A stretch of 64,000 nucleotides of DNA. It comes from Octopus sinensis (Eukaryota). The stretch spans positions 69,378,001 to 69,442,000 of the forward strand of contig NC_043005.1 of assembly GCF_006345805.1 (NCBI RefSeq), written 5' to 3'. Positions 1-13,342 of the stretch are shown here, in pieces; position 1 is the stretch's first letter; every line of letters starts with the position of its first letter. A program made the position numbers and the translations under genes. Below the pieces are notes generated by a model. It was not told the DNA's origin, did no database searches, and was given only the letters and a program-made list of their open reading frames with translations.

Positions 1-75
1 TACCGGTGAAATACTGGAGTCGATCAAATCGACTAATCCTCTCTCCACAAATTTCATGCCTTGTACCTATAGTAG
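1..75 (+). mobile_element. 3' tail of tRNA-derived SINE (family C)
   Basis: ACTGGAGTCGATCAAATCGACT...CCTTGTACC matches the 3' part of the copies at 11440-11830 and 21250-21460. Confidence 0.6.
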
Positions 76-77
76 AA

Positions 78-196
78 TAGATCCTCCTCCTTCTCCTCCT
101 CATCATCATAATTATCATCAGTATAATAATATGTATTGCTATTGTTGTTATCGTTGCTGTTGTTGCTATTATTGTTGTCGTTGTCGTTGTGCCGTT
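78..196. repeat. Compound trinucleotide microsatellite (CCT)n-(CAT)n-(TGT)n
   Basis: Directly visible; explains ORF 56..244. Confidence 0.85.
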
Positions 197-1680
197 GCTA
201 TAAGACTTGTTAATCTAAATTTCGCAAATTTTTGCGAAAACTAATTTTCCCAATATTTTGGGAATATATTGATATAATTCTAGTATACAAGTATACGCTG
301 AGGAAATATAATTACAACATCAGCAAATATTCTGAAAAATATAATGAGTAAAAATATGAACAATGCCCTGCTTTTAGCGGCCATAACATTGGGCAAATAT
401 TAATTTCTGAGACGAATGCATGATCTTAATAATTTATGGAATATGTGATAACGAGTGAAATGCCATAAAATATAGAAATGTATATCACTAATTATATACA
501 CCGGTTTTCATTGTAAATATGAGTTCTCGTTAATCAGATTAATGTGTTTATTTTTCATTTCTATAATTTAGTAATTATAACTGTCATGTAAAATCTGCTT
601 GTCTGCGTAAGTTTCTAAGCGACTGAAATTAATTAGTAATTTGATGTTAATTCATAATAAATATCATGTAAGCAATAACCGCATGTTACACTTCGGAACA
701 TAATGTATGATATATAATGACAGTCAGACCAGAAATAAAATCAATCCAAATAAGTAATCTACGTAAAAAATTGCTGCCTGGTAAAATATGGCCATTCACA
801 TCTCGTATCTTTTTGCATGCATATTAAACTTGTGGATCAATATGAAATATAGTTTTGGCAATACATTGAACAGAACAATAAAATCTGTTGCCAGAATTAT
901 AATTTTGGGTGGAGCAAACAAAAGATTTTCACTCATTCCGTCCATTATTTGGAAATATGAGACAGACATAAGGGGAGAAAGATTGATATTTGATTAAATT
1001 AATGCGTCGCACTCACAAGTTTGCTTGTATCGAAACCGAGATGGACAGATTCGTAGAAAAACAACGTAGATGTGAATAAACAGCATGCATGAAACAATAT
1101 TTATATGAATGATCTAGGACAAGAGAGTTTTGTTAAATTTGTGTTGCACATGATTTTTTTAATTGTTTACAAGTGCCAGTTAAAGAGCTGATTTTTTTAT
1201 ATCGAACCTACTTGTTCAACTGCGATGAACAAAATATATTGAAAATATTGACAATTTTCTGAAGAATCCTTAGCAACGTTATATACAAATGATACTTTTA
1301 ATAACCTTGCTACAGTTATCCCAGGACGCAGTGGTATATTTGGATATCTAACCTGATGTTCCAAATATGTCAACGTGTTCTAGGATAGCTGCAGCTTAAA
1401 GAGATTGCAGTAAAATAAATAAACTTTGTGTGACATGGAAAAATTTCTCAACATGAACGATATAAATGAATGTATATCGATTTAATGAAACATGTTGAAT
1501 TCGTACGAATATATAGTCCCAAATATGAAATACTGTCTTCCCCACCAAATCTCTACCGTTCCAAAACAGCAGCTATCTCGAATTTCTAGGCCAGACCAAA
1601 CATAAAATACATCTTATTTGACTATAAGAGTCACTAGTTACTCCATTGCAGACATTCACATCACTAGAGTCTACCATATA

Positions 1681-1762
<82 letters not shown>

Positions 1763-1953
1763 GTGTGGACCGTTGGCCATTTTTTTCCTCTGTCTTCCCT
1801 TCTCTGGATTTTTCCTTCTCCTATGTTTCCGACGAAGAGCTCCGCTCGAAACGTTAAACCCTCCTTCTTTCCTTCTTTCCTGAGCGTCCAATAATACTAT
1901 ATTTGCTCCACGTCCTCGCGTTGCTGTGCTTTTTTGTGTTTTCTTGTTTGGAT

Positions 1954-1958
<5 letters not shown>
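1763..1958 (+). mobile_element. Short Penelope pseudo-LTR-like element, family A copy 1, flanked by (TA)n/(TG)n
   Basis: About 200 bp, homologous to 13343-13548 (+) and 30152-30364 (-). All three end in GGATTAACT followed by (AT)n and carry a hammerhead-like motif. Confidence 0.75.
1825..1859 (+). ncRNA. Minimal type I hammerhead ribozyme-like motif (family A, U4C variant)
   Basis: GTTT-CCGACGA-A-GAGC(TCC)GCTC-GAAA-CGT-T-AAAC: stem I GTTT/AAAC, stem II GAGC/GCTC, palindromic ACGT stem III; core CCGACGA instead of CUGANGA. Confidence 0.6.
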
Positions 1959-2003
<45 letters not shown>

Positions 2004-3194
2004 TATGCACAAATTTTAGTATTTATATGGAATATTGACTTAATACGCTTGAGTGTTATTTGCCATCTCTCAGCTGTTTATGTGATAGTATACTTCTGTA
2101 TCTAAAACTCTCTCAATCCCCACCTCTCTGTCTGTCTGTCTGTCTGTCTGTCTCTCGCTCTCTTTCTCTATCTATCTCTCTCTCGAGGTGACAATGGTGG
2201 TCCTCACCCTCAAAAATTCAAGAAACGTTTCTTTTGATAATATTGTTAAACGGAATATTGCGGTGGCTTATCGCTAACATCACGTTTTTGATAATAATTC
2301 TGTTATCAAGCCCACTACTTAATTGCGTTGCAGAAAAAGCAAAGTTGTTCTTGAAATTCTATGTGTTTCATATTCCAACTCTCTGATCCATATTTTGAAC
2401 TGAATTAAGTTTAACACCAGATGTTGTTATAAGTGTCAGCGTGATGAGGAAAATATGCATCATCCTCATTCACGAAATGTCGGTTGCTTTATATAACAGC
2501 GGTATATTCTTTTTGTAGTGTAGTGTATTCCTACATTTCTTGACGCCAAATGAATTATTACGTTATTAGTGTTGTTATAATAAACGTATGCCATGATCCG
2601 TATAAATTACACGTGTATATGGAGTATCAATAAATATAAAATATTTCAGTCTACATTACTACTGATTTTTTAATATAACTATCGGCCTAATTACGCATAA
2701 TTTTTCTATTAATTGCTTACCAATTTATGTAGGAGTTAAACATTTTAATGTAATATTGTATAATTTATGTATACATACATGCATACGTAAATGTCAGTGT
2801 AGGCACAAACACACACACACGCATATGTTAATATATATTATATTCAAGCATAATTGCATAACATATTCGAAACTTATATCTTATAATATAATCGAAAGAT
2901 ATGTTATACACATTGCGAAAAATTATAGAAGCCATAAATTAACATTGAAATAAATAAATATTAATTAGGAAGCTGTATTTGATTCATACAGATGAAAATT
3001 ACATGGAAATGCTGTGGAATGATTGAGCAAAGGATAAATATAGAAACGGAAAAATACTTGAATAAACATCATAAGGAATGTTATGCAAATTGTGAACATA
3101 TATGCGTCGGAAAAATATATTAATATTCTATATAAAGAAGCGTATGATTTTGAATATATACATAGGAGTGTTCAGCTTTTGCTGAAAGATCTGC

Positions 3195-3410
3195 ACACAT
3201 GATTTGTTTATAATGATCAAATGCTTGTGTGCAGTGCATTAGATCTCCGTCTCCATCAAATCGACAAGCCTGCACAGGTGCAAATTCTCTCACGCGTCAG
3301 GTGTCGAAGTCACCGAAGAACAGCGAGTGATGAAGTGTTTTTCTGAAGAACACAAACCTCCACCCGGTCTAGGAATTTAAATCACTATCACCAGATTGTA
3401 TATACAGTTT
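3195..3410 (-). mobile_element. Decayed SINE (family A-SINE) fragment
   Basis: GTGATGAAGTGTTTTTCTGAAGAACACAAACCTCCACCCGGTCTAGGAATT resembles 4240-4300 of the full copy. Confidence 0.6.
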
Positions 3411-4022
3411 ACTTGTATATACAACCTACCGAATAAGCTTTACGCACCTACTATATGAGTCTGTGTGTGTGAATGACTGCCCTGCATTTCTTTAAAAAGA
3501 AAGAGGATGTTCCATTCCAAATTAAATTGTTTATTATGATCTTTTAGATGCCAGATTAATTTACAAACCCTGTAATTTTACGATTATTGACATCCCTAAA
3601 TGTAGAGTAATAATTAGATATTCTTTTGGACAACTGTGATGAAGAACTACCTATATAAAAAAGACATCAGAACCGGAAATAATTTTACATTGGTAAATAG
3701 AGTTTTTAGTCTTTGAATTACTGCTAAGGAAACTATATGCTACCTTTGACGTTATATTTACTAACGGTTTAAAGCATTTATTAGCGTCCTCTTCGCCATT
3801 ATACGCAGTCATCATTTTCTGGTAAAATGTCTTATTGATGTGTTTGGATTCTTTCTTTCCCTAATGAGAAGATTGCATTGTTTTTACATCATTTTACTCC
3901 TTCTTGAATAATACCAATGGTGTCATCGGAATATATGCCGGAAGTAAACGAATTTATAAAACAAATGCGTTTAACTCCATTTATATATATATATTTATAT
4001 ATATATATGTATATATATATAT

Positions 4023-4356
4023 AAAGACCCCCTTCGGTCATGAATGACCATGGGATTGCACCTAGAAAGTTACCCTCCTAGACACAAGTCCGGGCAAGGT
4101 TGTTTTATGGAAGACCAGCAGTCGCCCATGCATACCAGCCTCCCCTCTCCACGCCACCAGTGTTATCCAAGGGAAAGACAAAGGTCGATACAGCTTGGCA
4201 CCATTGACGTCGCAACTCATTTCTAAAGCTGAGTGAACTGGAGCAACGTGAAATAAAGTGCCTTGCTCAAGAACACAACACACAGCCCGGTCCGGGATTC
4301 GAGCTCACAACCTCACGATCGTAAGCTCGACGCTCTAACCACTGAGCCATGCGCCT
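4023..4356 (-). mobile_element. Near full-length tRNA-derived SINE (family A-SINE)
   Basis: Minus strand: A box TGGCTCAGTGG (4349-4339), B box GCTCGAATCCC (4304-4294), central TTCTTGAGCAAGGCACTTT domain, 3' stem-loop GGTCAT-TC-ATGACC, ending in a (TA)n tract. Confidence 0.88.
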
Positions 4357-5392
4357 TCAAAGTCAGCGATACATACACGAACAATCAAATACATATATAT
4401 GTAAGGTTATTTAACAATAATTTTGTTGTTGTTTACTTCTGACAGGTTTTTCTAGCTTCATACGATCTATACAGATATACTGATTTACCATATCGGGATA
4501 CTACCATTAGATTCTTCATCAAGATAGAAAGTAGAGATATCCCTTCTAATTACAGGAGACATCGCTGTCTGGAATCGATCTCAGATTTTCCATCTACAAT
4601 TACAACAATATTTTGTGGATTACAGATACATAAACACTTGAAATAAATAATAATTGAAAGTAACATGTAAATGAGAAAGGCTGAATGATATTTCAAAAGA
4701 ATCTCTGTCCGTTGGGTAAATTTTATGGCTTGATTAGCGTCCACATCATATCCTAAAGCGCCAGTTCTCCATGCCTGGAGGACAAGTACGAAGTATACAG
4801 CAGTTTCAATTTAGCATTCTACTGAAGAGATTACGACGTGAGAGAATTTAAAAAAACCATCATCTAAGATTTATTGCTCGCTAACATTGGTTCCCAAAAT
4901 TACCTCAATTCCGTCAACCAATAAATTGTTGACTTATTGTCAGCAGAAGTGTGTATTTCTGATTTTGATAATAAAATAATATATAACAATTAATCGAAAT
5001 GGTGTTATTGACTTAGCTTCATAATTTGACACAAGAATAATCATGACTAATAAATAGACAAGAGTAATATGAAGACATGAGAATTGCAGAATAACAAACC
5101 TGGCCCTACATATGACACACATGTAAGTACGGTTGTTATTGAAATAATCAAACAATTCAAGAACTGCATGTCACTTGTGTAGATGTTTCTCAATTAGATT
5201 ACCTGAATTTTATAAAAACATAAATTTCAAAATAAGATCCAACATTTTTGTAGTAACTGGCATAGAGAAATTAACTAATTTTCCATATTTAGATTCTAAC
5301 AACTTAAACAATGTCTGTGGAGTTTCTAGAATATAAGAGATGGATCTACTTCAGTGAATTCGTTTCATAGGTAATGTGTTCTTCCTTTGGAA

Positions 5393-5439
<47 letters not shown>

Positions 5440-5497
5440 ATTAATTAATTTGAGAGAATAATTAGCATCACGTCTTTGCAGTAATGCTGTATTCCTC

Positions 5498-5653
5498 AGG
5501 CGTCGCTATGTGGAACGAAGCAAGCTTCCCAACCACATGGTTTCGAGTTCAGTCACCCTGCGTAGTAATTTGGGCAAGTGTCTTCTAATATAGCATCGGT
5601 CCGACCAAAGCCTTGTAAGTGGATTTGGTAGACGAAAACTGAAAGAAGACCGT

Positions 5654-5702
<49 letters not shown>

Positions 5703-6915
5703 ATTTATGTATATATATGTATATATTTACGTGTGGGTGTCTGTCTTTGTGCCCTCGCCATCGCATGAAAACCGATGTTGGTGTATTTAGGTTCCCGTAA
5801 CAATACGGTTGGGCAGGAATGACTGGTAGTATAAGTACTAGGCATACAAAGTTGTTACGAGCCACCTGCCGTCGCTCAAACACTTCGGAAACCCGGGACC
5901 CTACCAAGTCGAGCGGCGACGATTGACCGGCCCAGTCGAACGGGGGAATTCGCCACAGAAAAAGAGAACTCGGTGGGGGATGGCAGCGAACTCGAACCGG
6001 CGACCGGAGAGAACAACAACAACAACAGCAGGAAGAGATAGAGAGACGGCGGAAGGTAATTGGCTTACATTTAAAAACAGTTTATTACAATCATTACAAT
6101 ATCAGATACATCAAAGAAAATACATGCAACAGAATCAACGGCATGTTCAAATGAGTTCAATTCACGATACAGTTCAGAGACAAATCAGAACAGTTCAACT
6201 CAATGCATTAAAGTCTTTCACTTTCTTTTTCTTTTCAACACAGTTCTTTCTTTTTCCTCTTTCCTTCTTTCTCTTTTCCTTAATTCACAGTTCCTTCTTC
6301 CTTTTTGACACATCAATTCTCTTTTCTTTAACTCTTTTTAACACAATTCACATCAAAACATAAACAACACATGCCTTCTATCCGCTGTAATCCCTCTCTC
6401 TCGCTCTACATGTTCCCAATGCTTATCTGTCTGTCTTCCTCTACGTTGCCATCATCTCGCTTGTCATCTCTCACATTCACTGTCTGTCTTTCTCAACGAT
6501 GTCGCTGCCTCGCCCTGTTGCCATCTCACTATCTTCGGCCTTCTTGGCTGACCGTCCTCATCACTGCCGTATTTGGCCAAAACTGCCCCGTTGCCAACTG
6601 CCGACTGACTGACTAACTCCCAGCGCGTCGCATTTTAAAGGGGTGGTTTCTCGAACTTTCCCTGACCGTAGGGGCCAAAATGTCACTTCCTAATACATAA
6701 ATTTCCCCAGAAACCGACAGAACAAAAGGCAATAACTTTTTATCCTAGTCTCTACGACTACAAACCAGCAAAAGTGGGTCATAGCACTCTTATTTCCTTT
6801 TTCCGAACTGACCTCCATATCACAAAGCATAAGTCCCGGGGTAGACTTCTTTGTCTAAGGTGTGTGCTCTAGCATGGCCGCAGTCAAATAAAATAAACAA
6901 GTGAAAGAATGAAAA
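5498..6915 (+). mobile_element. tRNA-derived SINE (family B) with internal (TA)n(TG)n, split by an LTR
   Basis: The 5' half ends ...AGGCATACAAAGT at 5852. The 3' half resumes AAGCATAAGTCCCGGGG...AGCATGGCCGCAGTCAAA at 6825 and is collinear with uninterrupted copies at 28318-28740 and 39401-39882. Confidence 0.85.
5853..6824 (-). mobile_element. Putative solo LTR (Gypsy-like), 972 bp
   Basis: Termini TGT...ACA; 4-bp TSD AAGT (5849-5852) / AAGC (6825-6828); AATAAA on the minus strand at 6086-6081; precise interruption of a SINE; no internal coding sequence. Confidence 0.68.
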
Positions 6916-7639
6916 ACGTTAGCACTTGCAATCAATGATCCTTTTTGTAACCATAGTATTTATTACAAGTGAAATGCTGCTGGCATTTGGTTAAATTTCG
7001 TCATGCAAGATAAAAAAAATGAATGAATGTAGTGTAAAATGAGAATATAGTAACATTTTGTCGTCGAATTGATCATTTTTATCAAATTATACAAAGTTTT
7101 AAATGCAGGAATAAAATGAGCTGTGATAGATGCAACAAAACATGATATTAATCATGCAAAAGAAGAAAAACTTATATTCAACGGAGGATTGACGACAGAA
7201 CAGTAGAGCTCATATATGAATTGTTGATTTTTGCAGCTAAGCTAAAATAATATTACACGAATAACCGCGTTATTTGTGACGTAACTATTTTAGTAGATAA
7301 TAAAATATATCTGTCAGAATCCCCTATTGAATAGTTAAACGGGAAAAATGTATGCCACTGAAGTACATAAAGTACGAACTTTATTTTACTTGCTAATATT
7401 GCAATTTTGTTTTTAAAAGCTCGATCGGTAAAATTATAATTCAATTTTAGATGATATCAAGATTGTAGATCTACATACAAGCATTTTTTTTTTGTAATTT
7501 GTGCATTGTGAAAATGGTTTATATTCATGCAACTTTTTCGTCGGTCATACTTATCTATAATTCTTGTTATACATACTTTTATGAAGTATATGCATCACTG
7601 AAAGATAAAAATGCATCGACATATACTCCATTTTCTTTC

Positions 7640-8700
7640 AAAAACGACTACCCCGATGTTGTTCATGTTGAGGAGCAACCAACAATCACAGGTTTGATAC
7701 CTTTCCCTATAAAGACGTTAGCTGCCTGGACCAAATTATGAATACGTGCCTTGTCGAGCAGCAGGTGCTATCCATTCGGATGGGAGATCTCCGCTTTTTT
7801 GCGACGAAATCTCTTCATATCCCTCATGATCTCCGCAAACTATAATATTTTGTTGACTGTCTGATAAAAATGAAACTAGTGGATTTGAACAATTCCATTA
7901 CTGTTTAAAAATGGATGGTAATGAGCTTTCAGGTGTACGATCTTTGCGTAAATTTTTTTGTGTTTGGAGAACAAGGATTCTTTCAATGGACATTGCATCT
8001 GTTGAAGTTGGGATCAGGTTGAAAAACGGAAGATTCAGTTTTAGTCACAGATCTTCAACTGAGTGACCTCTTCGCACAAATTGTGTGCATGTTCAGATTT
8101 TATACACAACTAACTATTTTGACCCGTGCTTCGCGCGAGTTTTGGTCATGGTGTTGTTTTGTGCGTGTAGTCTCCTTTTCCTTTTCTTCTTTTGTACATC
8201 TTCTTTGCATTTCCCATACTCCTCATCATGGCAACCAAGCAGTAGCCCCGAGCGACTTGCAAACATCCTCACATCATTGCCCACCCCATCGTGCCCCCAA
8301 TGTAAATTTTGGCGCCAATCTAATCCCATCTACCGCCACTGAAACCGTTACCATCACAAAATGAGACAAATAACGCATTTCGTTTTATAGATATTGATTC
8401 TGTACATTGTTGTCAAACCAATTCCAAACTGTTTGCATATTTTCTTTCTGGACATCCATCTTGGAAATTGCAAATTTTCGCAACTAGCTCTGATGTTCTA
8501 ACGCCTCTCTCACTTCCACATCTCCCGTCTTCTCTCTACCTTCCTTGAACCTCCAAAAAACAAATGCTTGGCCCCTGCTAGTTATTCCATAAACAGCCTG
8601 GAGCACTTCATAAGTTAGTTAGTGTTTTCGCCCAGTTTAAAAAGGAAGCTTATTGCATAGCGGGATCGAAATTGTAGTCTGCAAACTAGTTACCTGTGAC
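7640..8700 (-). pseudogene. Decayed mariner transposase
   Basis: Minus-strand frames give RYAISFLFKLGENT (mariner N-terminal HTH-like), NLNMHTICAK, PCSPNTKKFTQ and HLLLDKARIHNLVQAANVFIGKGIKPV (cf. HFHQDNAPVHNS...KMGIKTV). Many stops and frameshifts; no intact TIRs seen. Confidence 0.75.
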
Positions 8701-9041
8701 AAACAGTATTTAAATGTCCCGCTATAGCCTCCAACTTCAACCTGGAATGATACATGTTGACGGTTCAGCATATCATATGTATGATAACGATCTGCTAAAG
8801 TTACAATAATCTAGGATACTGTTTCTCACAAAACATTCACAAACCTTCTACTATGCTTCTCGTAACTACAGAATTACAGAAATGTGGCAGATTTCCTCCT
8901 GTTGTTTACTCTAATCAATGGATGCATAGTACATTGATAAGTATGAAAGCCTACATTGGTAATAGCCACCATAATAAAATTTCAAATGAAAAAGGATATC
9001 TTAATTCTTTCAACTATGAGCTCAGATCGCAAAATGTGGGA

Positions 9042-9192
9042 TCAACATGTTAGTGCTTCGCCGGCATTTGATGTATTGTCTCTGAAAAAGTAAACGGTAA
9101 AATCGATCTCAACGGGAATTTTACACAGGACGTAAAGCTTGAAGAAACGCTGCTAAGCAATTTGGCTGGTGTGCTAAAGATCAGCCAGCTCG
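9042..9192 (-). mobile_element. Decayed SINE family C
   Basis: CTGCTAAGCAATTTGGCTGGTGTGCTAAAGATCAGCCAGCTCG is the reverse complement of the family C head. Confidence 0.65.
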
Positions 9193-10790
9193 TAGGCTTA
9201 TGTAAAATATACCATAACAAGGCAAGGCAGCAATGAGTCTTTTAGATGTAGGAAATCTCTCCTTCTCTGGATAGAATATTGCAATTCAGAATAACATTGA
9301 GACGAAGTAGTGGAAGATCACAAAGAAAGCAAGTGCATCCTATGCGATGTACAATTCCCGGCATTTCATTGCGTAATTCTGCAATAAGTGGAGAAAAGCA
9401 ATTACAACGAACATGAATGAAATACAGAAACCCGTACTTGGCAGCTGTAAGAAAGAAAACCCTTATAATAAAAGCTGAATTTGCAGTGATAAATAAACAT
9501 TAAGACGAAGCATAATTTCAAAAAACAGACTACAATCCAATGCAAGCAAATTAGTTCTAGGCATTTTAATGTAATCACAAACACTCTTCAAAAGGAAGAG
9601 GAGACGCTGTGTATACTTTAGGCGAAAATTCTCCTCTAGGTAATGTAATGGAAGCACAAAATAAAAATGAGACGACTGAAAGATGATAGTAGCAATAACA
9701 AGGGCAACAGAAGCAATAACAACAGCAATGGTATTGATGATGATCATGATGACGACGACGACAGCCAGAAAGCAAAAATAGCGTTAATGATAACTTGTAA
9801 AATTAAGAAGAAAAATAAAAATGATATTAATGAAAGGTTGTAGAATGTTCTATTGATAATGATTGTCATAAAAGCAGCGATGAGTTATTTTACAGGATAT
9901 AGTGTATATTGGTTGTATATATATTAAAAAAAAAATATTGGACAAGGGTTGCTAAGTTTCTGAACATAAAAATAGTCAGATTCACAAAACACTCTCTTCT
10001 AATAATGTTAATAACTTAGGAAAACGTGCTGACGCTGACTGAATCAGAACGGTAAAATAGATAAGAATAACTAGCTAGTTGCTCATTTACTTCACCAATG
10101 TTAATAATGTGGCATCGAGAAAAGCATAACAGAAAGGATAAATACAAACGTTAATAAGACAAGTTTCATTTGACATGTATTTATCCGTATCTTTTAAATA
10201 ACAGTCATTTTATCGCTTTGAAGCCCATATAATCTTTCACAAAGAAGCTTTAATATCCAGGCACACACAATCAAGCGCTTCATAGATGCACATACATATT
10301 ACATATACACCTACATGGATGCATTCATTTCGTTAGCAATGCTGATATGTAATTTCTGCAAATTCCGGAAAATTAGAGAACAGTAGCTGCATAGGTAGTT
10401 TATCCTGATAAATTAAGTACATCCAACAATGTTTGCTTTCAATGGAGAAAACTATAGACGTTACGATAGCTGAAAAGAGAAAAAAAACAAATCAACCAGC
10501 GTTTTCACAGGATTTTGATCTTGGTAAGTATGTTAAGTAAATTAGAAAACATTTTCTTATTCATAATTGCGGCGTGCTTGTAATTGGAAACGGCTGAAAA
10601 TTTGTCACTTAATTGCAGTGAGCAACATAAGACACAAATGAAAATGCATTATATAAGAGAATACTTTAGGATTTGGGTAATCTTATTATGGTATTTTTCA
10701 AGCATTTGTTCTTCGAATAGCAATGGCTATTTGTGTCAATGACTAAAATACTTATCTCGCATGTCTATTTAAATATGTGTAAATACACAC

Positions 10791-10990
<200 letters not shown>

Positions 10991-11289
10991 TACATATTGG
11001 TGTGTGGGTGTGTGTGTGTATATGTACATGTACAAAGCATATATAGGTGTCTATCTTTCTCTCGAGTTACACACACAACACTATGCATGTACGTATGTAA
11101 TGTAATCTCCTCTTTTCAGTAGTTATTTGTTCCATAAAAAAACGTATTTACTATATTTACCTAAATTCTACAACAGAAATACATTACCTCAATATGAATA
11201 ATTGCTTTCAATATTAATAGTGATATTTTCTTGTCGATCCAATGTGTATGACATTTCATTGCTTTAACTGAAATAATGTTGATACAGGT

Positions 11290-11385
11290 TGCAAATTTTG
11301 ACACAAGGCCAGCAGGTGTGCTGGAGGGTCTAAGTCGATTACATCGACTACAGTGTTCAACTGGTACTTAATTTATCGACCCTGA
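11290..11385 (-). mobile_element. SINE family C 3' fragment
   Basis: ACAAGGCCAGCA...AAGTCGATTACATCGAC...ACTGGTACTTAATTTATCGACCC is the reverse complement of the family C tail. Confidence 0.75.
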
Positions 11386-11439
11386 GGATTTGTTGATATT
11401 GAAATGCAAGTGATTTGTTGATATTAACATTATTTCGAA

Positions 11440-11830
11440 GGAGGTGGGAGAATCGTTAGCACGCCGGGAAAAATGCTTAGCGGTATTTCGTCTGCGTTAC
11501 GTTGTGAGTTCAAATTCCGCCGAGGTCGACTTTGCCTTTCATCCTTTCGGGGTCGATAAATTAAGTACCAGTTACGCACTGGGGTCGATGTAATCGACTT
11601 AATACCTATGTCTGTCCTTGTTTGTCCGCTCTGTGTTTAGCCCCTTGTGGGTAATAAAGAAATAGGTATTTCGTCTGTCTTAATATTTTGAGCTCGAATC
11701 CGCTTGGGTCGAATTTGTTTTTTTTTCTTTTCAGGGAAGATAAAATAAGTACCATTCAAACAATGGTGTTGGTGTAATCGACTGTTGACCCTGCCCCTCA
11801 AATTGCTGGCATTGTGCTAAAATTTGTAAT
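11440..11830 (+). mobile_element. SINE family C, internally duplicated (dimeric) form
   Basis: Head GAATCGTTAGCACGCCGGG, B-box-like GAGTTCAAATTCC; the module GGTATTTCGTCTG...GTCGA...TAAGTACC occurs twice (about 11482 and 11665). Confidence 0.85.
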
Positions 11831-11904
11831 CAATATCAATAGATCACTTACATATTACAACCGTAGGTATACATATATGTTAACCTCGTCTCCCAGCCTG
11901 GCTT

Positions 11905-12300
11905 CTTCCCCTGACCCCTCTCATACTGTCACACCTACCACTACCTCTCCAACACCACCGTCCTCAGAGGCACCTATCACGTCACTGACTCCTTTCCCTG
12001 CACCTTTAGTAATGTTATTTACTGCATCTCCTACTCGCTTTGCCCTTCCCTGTACCTTGGTCAAACGGGACGCTGCTTGGCTGACCGGTTGCAGAGCACC
12101 TTTGACACACCAAACTCCGCAATGACACCCTAGGCTCGTGCCATTTCCAATCTACCAGTCTTTCGGTACAACATCTGTTTTGTTCGGACTGTGTCTGCAC
12201 AGGGCTACCCGGATTCGTGTCTTCACTGTGAACAGGAATTAATCTTCTCAATTCGCTCCTTTGCACCATATGAGATCACTTCACCTCCTCTTTTCACCCC
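11905..12300 (+). pseudogene. Penelope GIY-YIG endonuclease remnant
   Basis: YLSNTTVLRGTYHVTDSFPCTFSNVIYCISYSLCPSLYLGQTGRCLADRL (NVIYC at 12011-12025, YLGQTG at 12053-12070), then frameshifted. Confidence 0.85.
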
Positions 12301-13134
12301 GAGACCAACCCCACACGTATTCTTGTACACATCGCACTTACACACGTGCATACCGCCCACCTCGGTACTCTAACTACACACGCACCACTTCACATGCAGC
12401 CATACACACTGTTCAACTCATTACTCACTTTACACACCATTACACAAACACACGCACCACACTTCTCCACAGCTCTCACAGTTGCACTGACCACTTCTCA
12501 GCACCCATAGCACACACTCACAGAAAATCTCCAGTAGCGTCACCATACATACCGCTATATGAGCATCCGAACACATTATTTAACTTAATACACACACCAC
12601 ACACTATCATGCACACTTCCACATCTACACTAGCACATAATGCCTGAATACAGGCAATATACACACACGCAACACGCATAAACACACACAAGACGCATCG
12701 ACAAATATAACGCTCGTCCAAAAACACACACTATGCATATGCACAATATTTGGTCACCAACACACGCACGCACACGCACATACGCATGTGCACAAACCAC
12801 TTGTAAAAGCACAATTGAACCGATACACAAAACCTTCGCCCCACACACGTTATACATACACACGCACTCACACACGTCATACTCACTCTCCCCCGTTCAC
12901 ACATATACGCATACGCACTCATACACATCTTTCCCATAGATGCACACACGGTTGGCCCCCTTAGTTCGTTGCGGTCGCCATTATTATCTCCTTTATTCAA
13001 CCTTTTTCTATAATCTCCATTTAATTCAACCTCTTTCTTTACCATTCATTTCGCGATGTTGGACCACTGTACTGTACAAAGATTTTCTACCCCCACTTTG
13101 TTTAATTCAACTTCCATTTTTTTCATTTTATTCC

Positions 13135-13168
13135 TTTCTGTCGAAGAGCGTGGGCTCCAAGCGTAAAA
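13135..13168 (+). ncRNA. Degenerate hammerhead-like motif (family B-PLE copy 1)
   Basis: TTT-CTGTCGA-A-GAGC(GTGG)GCTC-CAAG-CGT-A-AAA; the GAAA box is mutated to CAAG and A6 is U. Confidence 0.45.
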
Positions 13169-13257
13169 TACCTTTCCATTTTCCCGAGCTTTAAACTAAT
13201 ACACCTGCTTGTTGTTCCTACACTTCTCTTCGTCCTTTATTTTTGTTTAAATTTGAA

Positions 13258-13324
<67 letters not shown>

Positions 13325-13342
13325 ATATATATATATTATACA

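Larger units (their letters stand above)
11880..13258 (+). mobile_element. 5'-truncated Penelope-like retroelement (GIY-YIG remnant, CA-rich 3' region, pseudo-LTR)
   Basis: GIY-YIG-type translation at the 5' end. The 3' end (about 13080-13258) is homologous to 36056-36228 and carries a hammerhead-like motif; it ends at a (TA)n tract. Confidence 0.8.

Noticed and set aside
2400-2490. CYKCQRDEENMHH, resembling a LINE zinc knuckle, overlapping a short hairpin
   Set aside because: Too short and surrounded by stops; neither a hammerhead nor a pre-miRNA geometry.
4294-4356. tRNA-like sequence
   Set aside because: It is a SINE head: the A and B boxes continue into a SINE body, with no acceptor stem or cloverleaf.
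5923-6363. 146-aa ORF
   Set aside because: It lies within the solo LTR on the strand opposite its poly(A) signal, is low-complexity and has no recognisable domain.
10442-10523. Possible first coding exon MEKTIDVTIAEKRKKTNQPAFSQDFDL with a GTAAGT donor
   Set aside because: No recognisable homology or supported partner exon; GTAAGT is expected many times by chance in 64 kb of AT-rich DNA.
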